Part shown: positions 12,793-23,374 of the stretch, piece after piece
How the letters are laid out: every line of letters starts with the position of its first letter
Numbering within the stretch: the first letter of the stretch is position 1
NCBI RefSeq assembly: GCF_964204645.1
Contig: NC_134026.1
Span: 14,852,150 to 14,916,149 of the forward strand
Origin: Tubulanus polymorphus
Lineage: Eukaryota; Animalia; Nemertea
Direction of reading: 5' to 3'
Length of the DNA: 64,000 bases
The notes under the pieces: generated by a model
What the model saw: the letters and a program-made list of their open reading frames with translations, nothing else
The model's database searches: none
Told to the model about the DNA's origin: nothing
Made by a program: the position numbers and the translations under genes

Positions 12793-13279
12793 GTGAGTTT
12801 CGTATCTAGATATAACACACCGTATTTTGCGGTGTGTGAGTTCACCTGGTGCATAAGTCGAAGTCAATCTTTCAGTTTAAAAAGTTGTACCTTGGTCTAT
12901 ACTCGATGTTTTACTTGAATCCCTGTGCTAAGACAAATCACTTATAAAACTGTGCTTGGGTCATTCTCATAGAAGATGGGTCTTAACTTATGTGTGCACT
13001 AATAATCATTGTGATATGTTGTTTTTTTGTGCTAAGTAAACACATAGTGCTCATTTTTAGCTTGAAAAGCTATTATGACAATGCCTGGAAAGCGGTTGTG
13101 TATGTTGCCTGTGGTGCAAAACACAACACTTGTCTATATGAATGCGTACGCAAAAAGAAAATGGATTGTGTTGAAAGTTGATCACCGTCATTTAAGAGAT
13201 ATTTTGATAAGAGTATCAGAAAATCATTGATATTAATTTCATTTACAAAATAATAGATTTTGAGAAATACTGATTCTGA

Positions 13280-14391
13280 TATGTGGTATGATCGCCCGTG
13301 CCTGTTGAGAGCATATGGGACCGAGGGACTGTCTTAACCTGTGCCCGAGGATACCTGGTTCCTTATCACATACTGAAAATGTCTTGGTACCCATGGAGGC
13401 CCGTAACAGAACTATAGATAACAAATCAATATGTAAAGTACCGATATGATCACCTGTGGGTGCAGCAGGTAACAAGTAAAAAACAAAAATGTTCAGTTCA
13501 AACCTTCATCTACAATACAAACCTTAAAGAACTTACAGAACCGTCCACAGTAATACACAAATATGATCTTGGGTATAACAAGGCTATCAGGCAGAACGGA
13601 GAAAGGATGTAATGTCAAACAAAATCCTGTTGGCAAATATGTTCAAATGGCCTAGACTCTATTGTAAACAGATCTTTTAAGCTTGAGCGACAAATACACT
13701 CAGAAAATCCCTAAAACCTGGACAAATGTATAGGGAAAACCATTGTGGATGGACCCAACACTATTAAAGTGGTCAAAGACAAGCAAAAAGCCTGGCAGAA
13801 ATTCCTAAAATCCAAGGCCACCTAACAATATGAAACATACCAGTCCTCCAGGAAAATAGCCAGATTTGAAATCAGGGGAGGCACCAAAAACTGCATGCGA
13901 GGCAAAAACAAACCCCCAAAGCCTTCTGGGCATATACTAAGTCAAAAGACCAAAACACAATAAAAATTACAGCCATCCAACACACAATGAGTGCATTACC
14001 CTGACAAACACTGAAAATGTAAAAAATTATAATGCATAATTTGGCAGTGTCTCGGTTACAGAAGATGTTCACAACATCCCCTTTCTACCCCTCAACCTGT
14101 CAGTAGCGCTATAGACCAATGTATTATTAGAATCTGTCTTAGAGAAACTAAAAAACTCATAGCAAGTGTCTGGCTCAGATGGTCTCCACCCTAGGTTGTT
14201 AAAAGAATAAGCGGACAAGATAGCTAGCGAGACCATTGAGCCTAGCATTTAAAAAATTGCTTGTTACCGGTAAACTGCTGTCGGAATGGAAATTTGCAAA
14301 TCTAGAGCATCCTGCTATAGACCCTACTCTAACAACATGCATATGTTGCAAAGTATTTGAATCGCCTATCAGGGACAAAATTACAAACCAC
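13280..14391 (+). pseudogene. Decayed CR1/L2-clade LINE ORF2 fragment
   Basis: DGLHPRLLKE, GKLLSEWKFAN and LTTCICCKVFES pre-RT motifs with stops and frameshifts. Confidence 0.75.
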
Positions 14392-14775
14392 TTAACTCAT
14401 TGCCTGCCAAAAACATACTGGTATGTTTGATATTTCCCATCACTTCCCTGCCAAAACCGTACTGGTACAGTTGACTTGTTTCTAAACTTAAATGATACAT
14501 GACGTCATCTATTGAAATGGGGACTGAACACGCATGGATGGGCATATTTTCTGCAAAATATCCCCTCTGCACTGGTGATTGCTGCAGATTTTATCATCAC
14601 TCTTAGAAGAAATGCCGCTTATTTTACATGAAAAAGCAAGACCAGATGAACAAAATTAAACGAATTTGATGAAGATATCTCTTCCAGTTTTTGTTTTATG
14701 AATCTCTGAAAAACATGTAAATCCTGGCAAAGTGCAGCATTGCCTGAAAAATGGGCCTGGCAGGCAAAGAGTTAA
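14392..14775. mobile_element. piggyBac-like MITE with TTAA TSD; partial copy at ~3720-4020
   Basis: ttaa-ctcattgcctgcc ... ggcaggcaaagag-ttaa. Confidence 0.75.
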
Positions 14776-14918
14776 CATTATCAATCCAAACCTGCATTGC
14801 TTCACTGAAAGAACTGCACCTACGATCTATTTATGTGTAATAATGACGTCACCCATTTCTTAGATGATGGAGACTCTGATACTATCTAGACTAAAATCCG
14901 CATAAATGCCTAATTGCT

Positions 14919-15243
14919 CAGGGTTGAAAATCTTCCGACCATTGACGGATTTCGGACCTTTTCTAACATTTTCTTTATTCCTGGCGTCACATTGGAGCGC
15001 TCCATAGTTAGGAGTGCTCCTTAAGACGGTTTTTGGCAGTTGTTAGCACAACTGTGGAGTCGGAGAAACCAATATGGCGTCTCATTCAAAAAGCGGCTCT
15101 AATTCAGGCCCAAACTATTAACATTTTGACCAAAAAGAAAGTAAGTTTTTTGGCTAAAAGTTACTGATTTTTGTTCCCAAAAAAATTCTTTTTTTTTTGA
15201 AAATATTTTCCGACTTTTTCAATATGGGCCGTTTTCATCCCTG
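14919..15243. mobile_element. CAG...CTG MITE, 6-bp TSD ATTGCT; sister copy at 48276-48650
   Basis: TIR cagggttgaaaa / ttttcatccctg with attgct on both flanks. Confidence 0.85.
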
Positions 15244-15518
15244 ATTGCTAAGGCATGAAATTTGGGAGTAACGGGTCCCTTGTTAAATTCGCTCGAAGCT
15301 TTTCTCTTTGTGAGAACATGAAGATTAGTTATTGAAAAGGAATCTTCCTCGACAAGTGTGGCATCCCTTAGGGTTCAGCTCTAGGCCTGACATCTTCCTT
15401 ACTGAGAAGGTAAGCAGTCATATTGAAATGGTTGCCAACCAAATTACCTACTCACTCAGAAAATAACCAAATTAACTTGTTCTCCCCTGTGTATATCCCT
15501 TTATTAGTCAATCCTTCA

Positions 15519-15579
15519 CACCTGATGATAATACCTAGCTAGGGATGATTCCTAGCTAGGGGTCGAAGCATTGTGTCGT
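15519..15579 (+). ncRNA. Degenerate type I hammerhead ribozyme motif
   Basis: CTGATGA, stem cctagctagg..cctagctagg, GAAG in place of GAAA, ca-ttg-tg stem III, GTC site. Confidence 0.45.
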
Positions 15580-15739
15580 CTGATTTTGATTCTTGATGAA
15601 CAAAATTTGCTAATAAACTGTAAGTGGGTTCGAAACCTTAAATATTTTCCATTTCATTCTAACTATGGTTAGGGTCTAGGGTGTCTGACATTAGGATGCA
15701 TAATATAGGACTAATACAGTTCTCTCCATTAATTTCAAG

Positions 15740-15850
15740 ATTGATTCGTGGAATTGTAATGGATCATGGTGCACGTCATCCGGACATGAAGAAACGAGTT
15801 GAAGATGCATATATTCTTACATGCAATGTCTCCTTGGAGTATGAAAAAAG
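15740..15850 (+). CDS. CCT6: CCT6 exon ([36 protein letters not shown])
   Basis: tttcaag acceptor, gtacat donor, 111 nt, phase 2/2; DHGARHPDM motif. Confidence 0.97.
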
Positions 15851-16621
15851 GTACATTTAATAGCGGAATAACTAGAAATATTTTCATATGGTATTGGTAG
15901 ACCTACCTAATATCTATTTCAAGTTGATTTCAGCTGAGCACAGTTGGTTAAGTCAGTTTTGGTGTTACATACCTGATAAAAGTCTTATAGGCCAAGAAAG
16001 GACTGGCAGTTGTTTGATTATCCATTTTACAGTTTGGAAGGATTGTTTAGAAGTCTCAATTGAAACGGGTTGAATAAAGTGACTCCATGATTGGAAAGTT
16101 TAACTATATGTTTCCATGCCTACATACACCTCTACTCTCTCATGCACCCCTTTCAATGCAGACTTTTTTGAAATCCTTCAATACAGCATATAATGGATAA
16201 AAGACCAATCTTTTAGTGAAACTGCCAATCAATACTCGTCCTATTAAGACTTTGATTAGGTATGTACCTCCAAAACTGGAGCATCATGGCCACCTGATGT
16301 GCTCACAAGTCAAGTTAAAATAGACATACGGCATGTTTTGTTAACACATTACAAAACTGTAGCTCAATACATGAGTTTTTTAGCGAAACTATGGCTCACT
16401 TCTTATGCCAACAGTCTAGTTAGCCTTTGCCAATATTGCTAGAAAGTGATGTTAACTAGCCACATTTTGAAACTGTGATGGACCAGGTCGTATTTCTTTT
16501 TGATGATGCAAATACCCTAACACTTGCTATTGTGCAAATTTCGTTGTGAAGTGGCCAATCTAAGCTGTAGAATTTTAGATAATTGGAAAGTTTATGATGA
16601 GAAGATACACAATATCCGTAT

Positions 16622-17110
16622 ATGATGATACAAGAGAAATCCCACAATAACGAAGCCAAGATTGAAAAATTCTATGTCAAAATGATTATATTTGAAATAA
16701 AAAACCCACTTCATCTCCTTAACAAACAGCTTGTTTTCACTTACAATGATAAACTTGGTCATAACTTAACTCACAATTCCTGCAATACGAAACCGTTGAA
16801 CATTGGTGTATACAAAATCCCTTGTAAAATCCCTTGTAAAGTCTGTAATAAAAAATATATTGGTGAAACTGGGCGTGATTTGAACAAGCGCCTCAGAGAA
16901 CATAAAAATGACGTCAAAAATTTCAAACCCGAGAGTGGAGTAGCTAATCACGTTTATGAAACTAGTCACAATTTTGATTTTGATAATGCCGCTATAATCT
17001 TTCCCTGTCCCGATAAAACCAAACGTCACATTATGGAATCTGCCCTTAATATTGAAAATAGGGCCTATGGATAAATGTGTCAATTTGAACAACGGTTTTT
17101 TCTCCTCACA
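16622..17110 (+). pseudogene. Penelope-like GIY-YIG endonuclease, 3' fragment of the element
   Basis: GVYKIPC..C.KKYIGETGRDLNKRLREH...ANH...H.FDF...ES; in-frame 12-bp duplication giving KIPCKIPC. Confidence 0.9.
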
Positions 17111-17194
17111 ATATTTTGATCTCTAAATTTCTCGCTTCACTTGTGCCCCTATTATTCTAATCCCGTTCGCTTGTTTTCCTCTGTTTGACACTTC

Positions 17195-17284
17195 CACTCA
17201 CTCACTCACTCACTCACTCACTCACTCACTCACTCACTCACTCACTCACTCACTCACTCACTCACTCACTCCCTCCCTCACTCA
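17195..17284. repeat. (ACTC)n microsatellite in the Penelope 3' region
   Basis: about 22 near-perfect units. Confidence 0.97.
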
Positions 17285-17548
17285 TTGTTTGATTATACCT
17301 TTGATGTTCTTGCCTTTTGTTTTTTTTCTGATTACCCCTTAGTTGGTCTGCCTTTGAACCCTCTGGGCTTTGTTTTTAGATTACTTCAATCTCGCACTAC
17401 ATCCCCTATAGTTTGTCGTTTGCCTTCTTTGTTTTCTTCCTTAGTGTTCCAGTTTTGTTGTTTAATTACTTTAATCTCAATCCTTCAATCTTAATCATTT
17501 GTCATATTCCTGTATAAGTATCCTGTTATTTTATTTTGTTCTCAGTAC

Positions 17549-17586
17549 GCCTGATGATGGCTTACAGTTGTAAGCCGAAACGTCGC
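17549..17586 (+). ncRNA. Minimal type I hammerhead ribozyme (Penelope-associated)
   Basis: gc-CTGATGA-t-ggcttaca-gt-tgtaagcc-GAAA-cg-TC-gc. Confidence 0.8.
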
Positions 17587-17615
17587 TCCTCAAATATAGT
17601 CATTCTGATATAGAA

Positions 17616-18505
17616 TTTTTAGGCCAGCCGTAGACTGAGCCTATAACTATACAAATTGAGCAAATTTAAATGACATGGTTTTCAGAGCAAAGGCTCTTTT
17701 ACTGTGCAACTGAGCATGTATTCATACAAATCATTCATTAAAGCATCATCCATTCTCCAAACTCTACGTAGCTGAATTTTGAAAGAGGGCCTCGTAAAAA
17801 TTTATATGAGCTATTTCGCGAATATCTGATCGCAAAAATATCAGTTTTGAAAAGCCAATCAGAAAGCAAAGACTCCTCTATGATTGGCTTAGCCGCAGAG
17901 ATCAGCAGATGTTCACGTGAACTCGAGGTATCGTCTACCGTTTTACTTTCGGGTTTTATTTTCAGATCTAAAATTGTATTTCAAGATCGATTTCTGTGAA
18001 AGCTTGTTGATTTGGTTTTTGGGAGGAATATTTTTATTAGCACTACAGTAAATATCATTGACCATTGTGTAAAATCCAGGAAAAATAGCTTTTTCTTAAG
18101 TCGGATAGATGACCTTGATATGCTAATTAGCTACATGCTAAAACTACAAATTCAATCAAATTTTATTCCGCAAAAGATATCAAATCCAATCAATTTTACT
18201 TTATTGAACAAATAAAAACTTCAAATCCAATTCAATTTTGTTTTATTTAGCAAATATCAGAAAATTCTATTCCGCATTAAAATCAACAAGACCAAGGGAA
18301 AAGATTTATCTCAGGTATTTGTTCCTGCCAGATCCAGTCGCTGTCTGTGCTACTTTTGTATTCTACGCTTGTATTGTGTAAATTATTAGGTATTGACTCT
18401 GAGCTGGGAGTGTATTTTGACAAATATAACCCACAGAATCCATCATCATTTGCCATTTTATGAAAAGCTGACAGGCTGGCCATAGTGCCCCTTGGGGCTC
18501 TTGTT
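17616..18505 (+). mobile_element. HINE family 2
   Basis: ttttt-aggccagccgtagactgagcct 5' hairpin; 3' ggctggcc subTIR plus gccccttggggc hairpin and ttgtt; sister copy at 29227-31191. Confidence 0.8.
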
Positions 18506-18629
18506 CAATGTTGGCTTCGTAATTGTGGGATTTCTCTCGTTAATTGGAAAGTTTCCTTAGCTGTTATATAATTTGACCTAACCTGTCATGACCTATGTCA
18601 TGAATAGTCATAAGCAGACTCGCATGTGC

Positions 18630-19398
18630 TTAAGGGGGTACTTGGGTCGAAAATTAAACTGAAACATGAATTTTATTGATTTTGAGATTTGTTCCTTTTT
18701 CGATTGGTAAGTATGTTTTCTAACACGATTTGGACACCATATGTCTAATGAAACCTTCTTTCATCAATTAAAATGAATCTTTGTCAACTCACTCGAATTC
18801 AGATTCTTTAGTTTTCACTAAAGAAGTCCATTGTTTACAGATTTTTGATCAATCATACGCGATTATCGCGAAAATAATATCCATGTAACATTGCGGGTAT
18901 CGTAGTAATCCTTGAATTGAGAGGAAGTTCGCTAACGCACATGTTACTATGCGTCATTTCCATGAAATTCGTGGATAAATCCTGTCTTATCCCTCCGGAA
19001 ATTTCCTTTTATGGATCCGTGAATAATAAATGAGTGAAGTTGGCCGCTGATTGGCTAACCGTAAACTACCGACTCCCGAAGCATCTCCGTAGATGTTCGT
19101 GACTCGCCGTCATCGCCGCTGATTGGCTCTCCGACAATTCACGCTATATCCGGTTTTCCGGGTTTACAATCGTCGCGATAAAGGTGAATTTACATTAAAA
19201 AAGCAACAATTCTTTAGTTGAGAAGCGATATAATATTTGATCAACATGCCAAATGTGAAAAGAAATACAAAAGCCACTAGGAAAAGGTTCGGTTCGCGTC
19301 ATAATAAACGGAAAGGGGCATAAAATCTCGGGGAATTGCCTGACGGTGACAATGACACCGGCTCTGGTTGAGAAAGAACGAAAATCTTTTTAAGCGTA
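18630..19398 (+). mobile_element. 5' part of a TTAA-starting DNA transposon (Kolobok-like), truncated at the DIRS insertion
   Basis: ttaagggggtac start; CCAAT-like gattgg motifs; short basic ORF MPNVKRNTKATRKRFGSRHNKRKGA at 19246. Confidence 0.4.
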
Positions 19399-21678
19399 TT
19401 TCCGTCGAGTACTGTACCCTTCCCTATGGTTTTTGCCAATATTTCTTAAATTTGGATTGATCGCCAATGGTTTTTCTATACGACCCGGCCCTGCGGTATT
19501 GCATTTAGCCACCGGCGAAATCTGCCATCTTTTTTCTTGGCGTTCTAGCATTCAGAACTCGTTGGATTTTTTCGCCATAAAAATCTAGGAATTAGGAGTA
19601 TAAGGGAGTTTTCACTCTCGTAACGGTGAGTCCATTCGGTTTTGGGGTTATCCCAGGTTTCTATTTTTCTGTAATTTTATTTACAAATATAATTTAATTG
19701 AATTGAATTAAATTTGTTATTGTGACAGAAATAATTATGCCGCCCCCTCCTAAGGGTCAACATCGTGGCGGTGAGGGAGGCGGGCATTTGTTCGGCGCCT
19801 GGGACAATCACGATTCGTGTGCGTCGTGCAGGCGCAAATCGGGACAAATCTGTGCAAGGAGCAATCCTTGCAAGATTTGCGAGGTGTGGTCCGAGGACCT
19901 TTGGCTTCGGGCCGATAAGGCTCTGAAACTAAGAGATCGTCGTCAAGTTAATAGTAGGGATGCCAACCAACGTCTCTAATTCTATTTCTAATCGTATAGC
20001 GGAGCGGTCGCCGATCACCGGGGAGGAACGCGTTCACCGGCACCGGTCTCCGGTCAATCACCGGTCGTTGGTCGTTCACCGGTTCGGCCAGTTCAGACTA
20101 CATGTTCTGAACCGAGCGCGTGCCGCGTTAGTCGGGATCGGCCGGTTTGGTCGGTCCGGTCCGGTTCGGGCACCGGTCCAGTCCAGGCGTCATCCGGTTC
20201 AAAACTTCCGGTTCGTACATCGTAGCTCCGGGGATAGAGCTCGCTCTCTCACTAGATCCAGACGCCGTGAGCGTAATAAACGCGCAAGGTCTCCTCGCAG
20301 ATCAAGGTTTGATCGCGAGAGGGATTACGATCATTATTGCAGGAAGTTTCGCCGTCGGTCTTCTCATCGTTCATCGACGTCGGTTAGCGATGAAGGCGAT
20401 TCTTCTAGTAGGTCTCGATCCCGTTCGAGGGACCGTCACCGAAGTCGGCATGATCGTCGGGATACGGGAAAATTCCTGACTGAAGGATTTCCATGTATTT
20501 GAAGAGAAAATTTTAAACTTGTTATCATCGTCGCAACAAGTCGCTGCAACCTCAACATCAGGTAAGCCTATTCCTGATTGTCTGGTTAGAAGTTCGCCAG
20601 CCCACTCAGTTGTTCGGAATTCTGACTCTGAATTCCTGGATGCTGGGGTAGGGTCCTATTTCAATGAGGATCCGGTCCCAGAGGCGGCAATTCCGTCTGG
20701 GGTCGTTCCTGTCGCCTGTTCGTTTCCCCGCTTCTTGGACATTCCAAGGTTCCGGATGACCAAACCAAAGGATGTTATTCATGGGCTCCATCCGGGTCAA
20801 TGGGCGGCTTCGTTGGACCTGAAAGATGCTTACTTTCAGGTTCCAATTCACCCAAAATCTCGGCGATTTCTCAGGATAAAGTGGAAAGGCCGCCAGTTCC
20901 AAGGAAGTCTGTCGGGCCGCCTTCTGGAATTCTCCATCGACATTCACATCATTTTATTTACGGGATGTTTCAGGCCAGTTAGGCTCATTAGCTTCACTCG
21001 GTCCTGTTGTTATGGCTCAAGGTGTCCGTTCTTTCCGATCGGACCCTTAAGCGTAGAATATTTATGTTGCATTATCAGGATCACAGGGGGTGTATCCATG
21101 TACATAGTTTGGGCTCATATCCGCAAGTATTAATTTCGCAAAATTCGGGGGGGGGCCCTGAGCTGGACGGACTCACTGTGGCCAACCGGTCTTCCCTGTG
21201 CTACAGTGCTCCATTCCGTGCTTGGGTAAGTGCTCTCTTTTTTCCCTCTTACCTTGCGTTTGAGCGGTGGTTTTTCTATCTACCTTTCCCACCATCCTTG
21301 TGCTAGGCTAGTCTAGCAAAAACCATAGGAAAGGGTACAGTACTCGACGGAAGTATTACAATTGTTGGAACAAAAATTTGTATTTCCTATGGTGGGAATG
21401 CCGACGGGTCTTCGATCTTCGAACAACGACTAAGTCAGCCGACCGACTCTACACGACCGCGCGCTCCCCGCCCACCTGCCCCGCATAGCTGCATTTTTTG
21501 GGTCTGCTATGACGTAAAAAGATGGCGGATTTTCGCCGGTGGCTAAATGCAATACCGCAGGGCCGGGTCGTATAGGAAAAACCATTGGCGATCAATTTAG
21601 AAAATATTGGCAAAAACCATAGGAAAGGGTAAGTACTACTCGGAAATACAAATTTTAGTTCCAATAATTGTAATATTT
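19399..21678 (+). mobile_element. Internally deleted DIRS1-type tyrosine-recombinase retrotransposon
   Basis: ITRs ~19399-19535 and ~21516-21650, ICR 21316-21387, TTT ends, Cys-rich gag start (DNHDSCASCRR..C..SNPCKICEVW), RS-rich gag region, RT fragment SLDLKDAYFQVPIHP. Confidence 0.9.
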
Positions 21679-22111
21679 TTTTTTCTTCCTTTTGCGTCTC
21701 GGAGTATCATGTCGATGAGAAACTAGGCCATTGGTCCTTTATTAGCTCCGCTAGCTCAGTGGAGCAGATGGTTTAGGTGATTGTTCTTCATCTGGCCGTC
21801 AATTTATGCTTCAATTTGCTTCTAGTGCTATAGTTCTTATCTGATCTTTACCAAACTTCGTATGAAGTTAATATAGGCCAAGCACTCTAAAAGTTATAAA
21901 GCCCGACTTAGTCATGAATGAAGAATTAAAGATGATCCTGGTATTTTGATGCTTAAAAGACTTAAAATGGATAGCTGGAGGCAACAGTTTAAAATTCAGT
22001 AGTACAAATATTGATTAATTCCTACAATGTTTTAGTTATTTATTTGATTAGAACGTTTTTTTTTCGACCAGAACTGGAAGCTTTTTTCCGGTCCCGTTGC
22101 TCGTGAAAAAA

Positions 22112-22737
22112 TACTGTATTTTCTTATGTACAAGTCGCTTGGTGAATAAGTCAAATTTTTAGTTTAAAAAGTAAAAAAGTACAAAGGCTATGGTTGCTTC
22201 CTCATGTGTTTACATAAGTCACTTTCAAAACAGTGCTAAGGTCATTCTCATAGTAGTCAAGAGTCTTTACCCTGTTTGCAATTAATCATTGGGATCTGTT
22301 GTTTCTCATAATTAATTACCGGATTAGTGCTCATAGTTTGTATCCACTTGCTGAATGTAATGTGTATACATTGAATGCTGCTTGCCTGGATTCAAGTATG
22401 TGTATTGATTGTTGGCACGCTGCCACAGCAGCAGCAGCTTATTTAAATACTGTACAATGATTACAAGCAGTTTTCTTTCTCGCTTGATTTGTTACATTAA
22501 TTTATTGTGAAACATTTCCAAACTTAAGAAACTATTTCATCACACATCCTAAATTCTAATTGGTATATGAGTGTAGCCTAACAAAATTAACATTTCATTT
22601 CATCATGGCAACCTTGAACTCTAAACATTGTCAGTTTAACACGATATCGAAAGTGTAGTCATTGTATAAGTCGACCTACATTTTTGGTCATGATTTTTGG
22701 TTTCAAGAACTCCAATAATACACCGGAAAATATGGTA
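22112..22737. mobile_element. Tc1/pogo-like MITE; related pieces at ~9690-9990 and from ~12819
   Basis: ta-ctgtattttc ... gaaaatatgg-ta termini. Confidence 0.6.
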
Positions 22738-22904
22738 CTGACAAACTCGAGAAAATACTGACAAACACAAATATTTGTACCAACAAACTAACTATTTCTG
22801 GGGTTGGCAGGTATATACTTTGCACCTGATGGGAATTTCAATATGCACTCACCAACATTTGATCGTTTGATTGTCAAATGATATATGGACTTGATCATTT
22901 TCAG

Positions 22905-23064
22905 TGAGGTCAATTCGGGATTTTTTTACAAAAGTGCTGCTGAACGTGAAAAGCTTGTATCTGCCGAAAGAGCATTTACCGATGATCGGGTTCATAAAAT
23001 TATTGAATTCAAGAAAAAAGTCTGCAATGGCAGTAACCGGAGTTTCGTCGTCATAAATCAGAAG
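22905..23064 (+). CDS. CCT6: CCT6 exon ([53 protein letters not shown])
   Basis: ttttcag acceptor, gtaagt donor, 160 nt; inside ORF 22885..23079. Confidence 0.98.
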
Positions 23065-23374
23065 GTAAGTAATCAATGAACACCACATTCACTAGCAGTT
23101 AAGGTTCGGTCGCCATTGCCAACGCTAATTATTACATAACACTGCCAGCACAATTTGTAGGTTGATAAATCAATATACTGATCTATTTTAGTATAATAAA
23201 CAGATGAAGAGATAACTACACGTTTAATACAGTATTAAAATCTAGGTTCCTTTATTAGCTATATCGGTTGTCGTTTTCTTTGTTTTACGATTTTGTTTAA
23301 TCGGTTTCGTAATTTCAGCAGTGCACACCAACCTTGGGTGCTGATGACAATTCAATTCATTCTTTATTGACACA

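Noticed and set aside
19960-20502. Arg/Ser-rich ORF resembling an SR splicing factor
   Set aside because: No RRM; it lies between the DIRS gag Cys motif and RT inside the ITRs, so it is low-complexity gag
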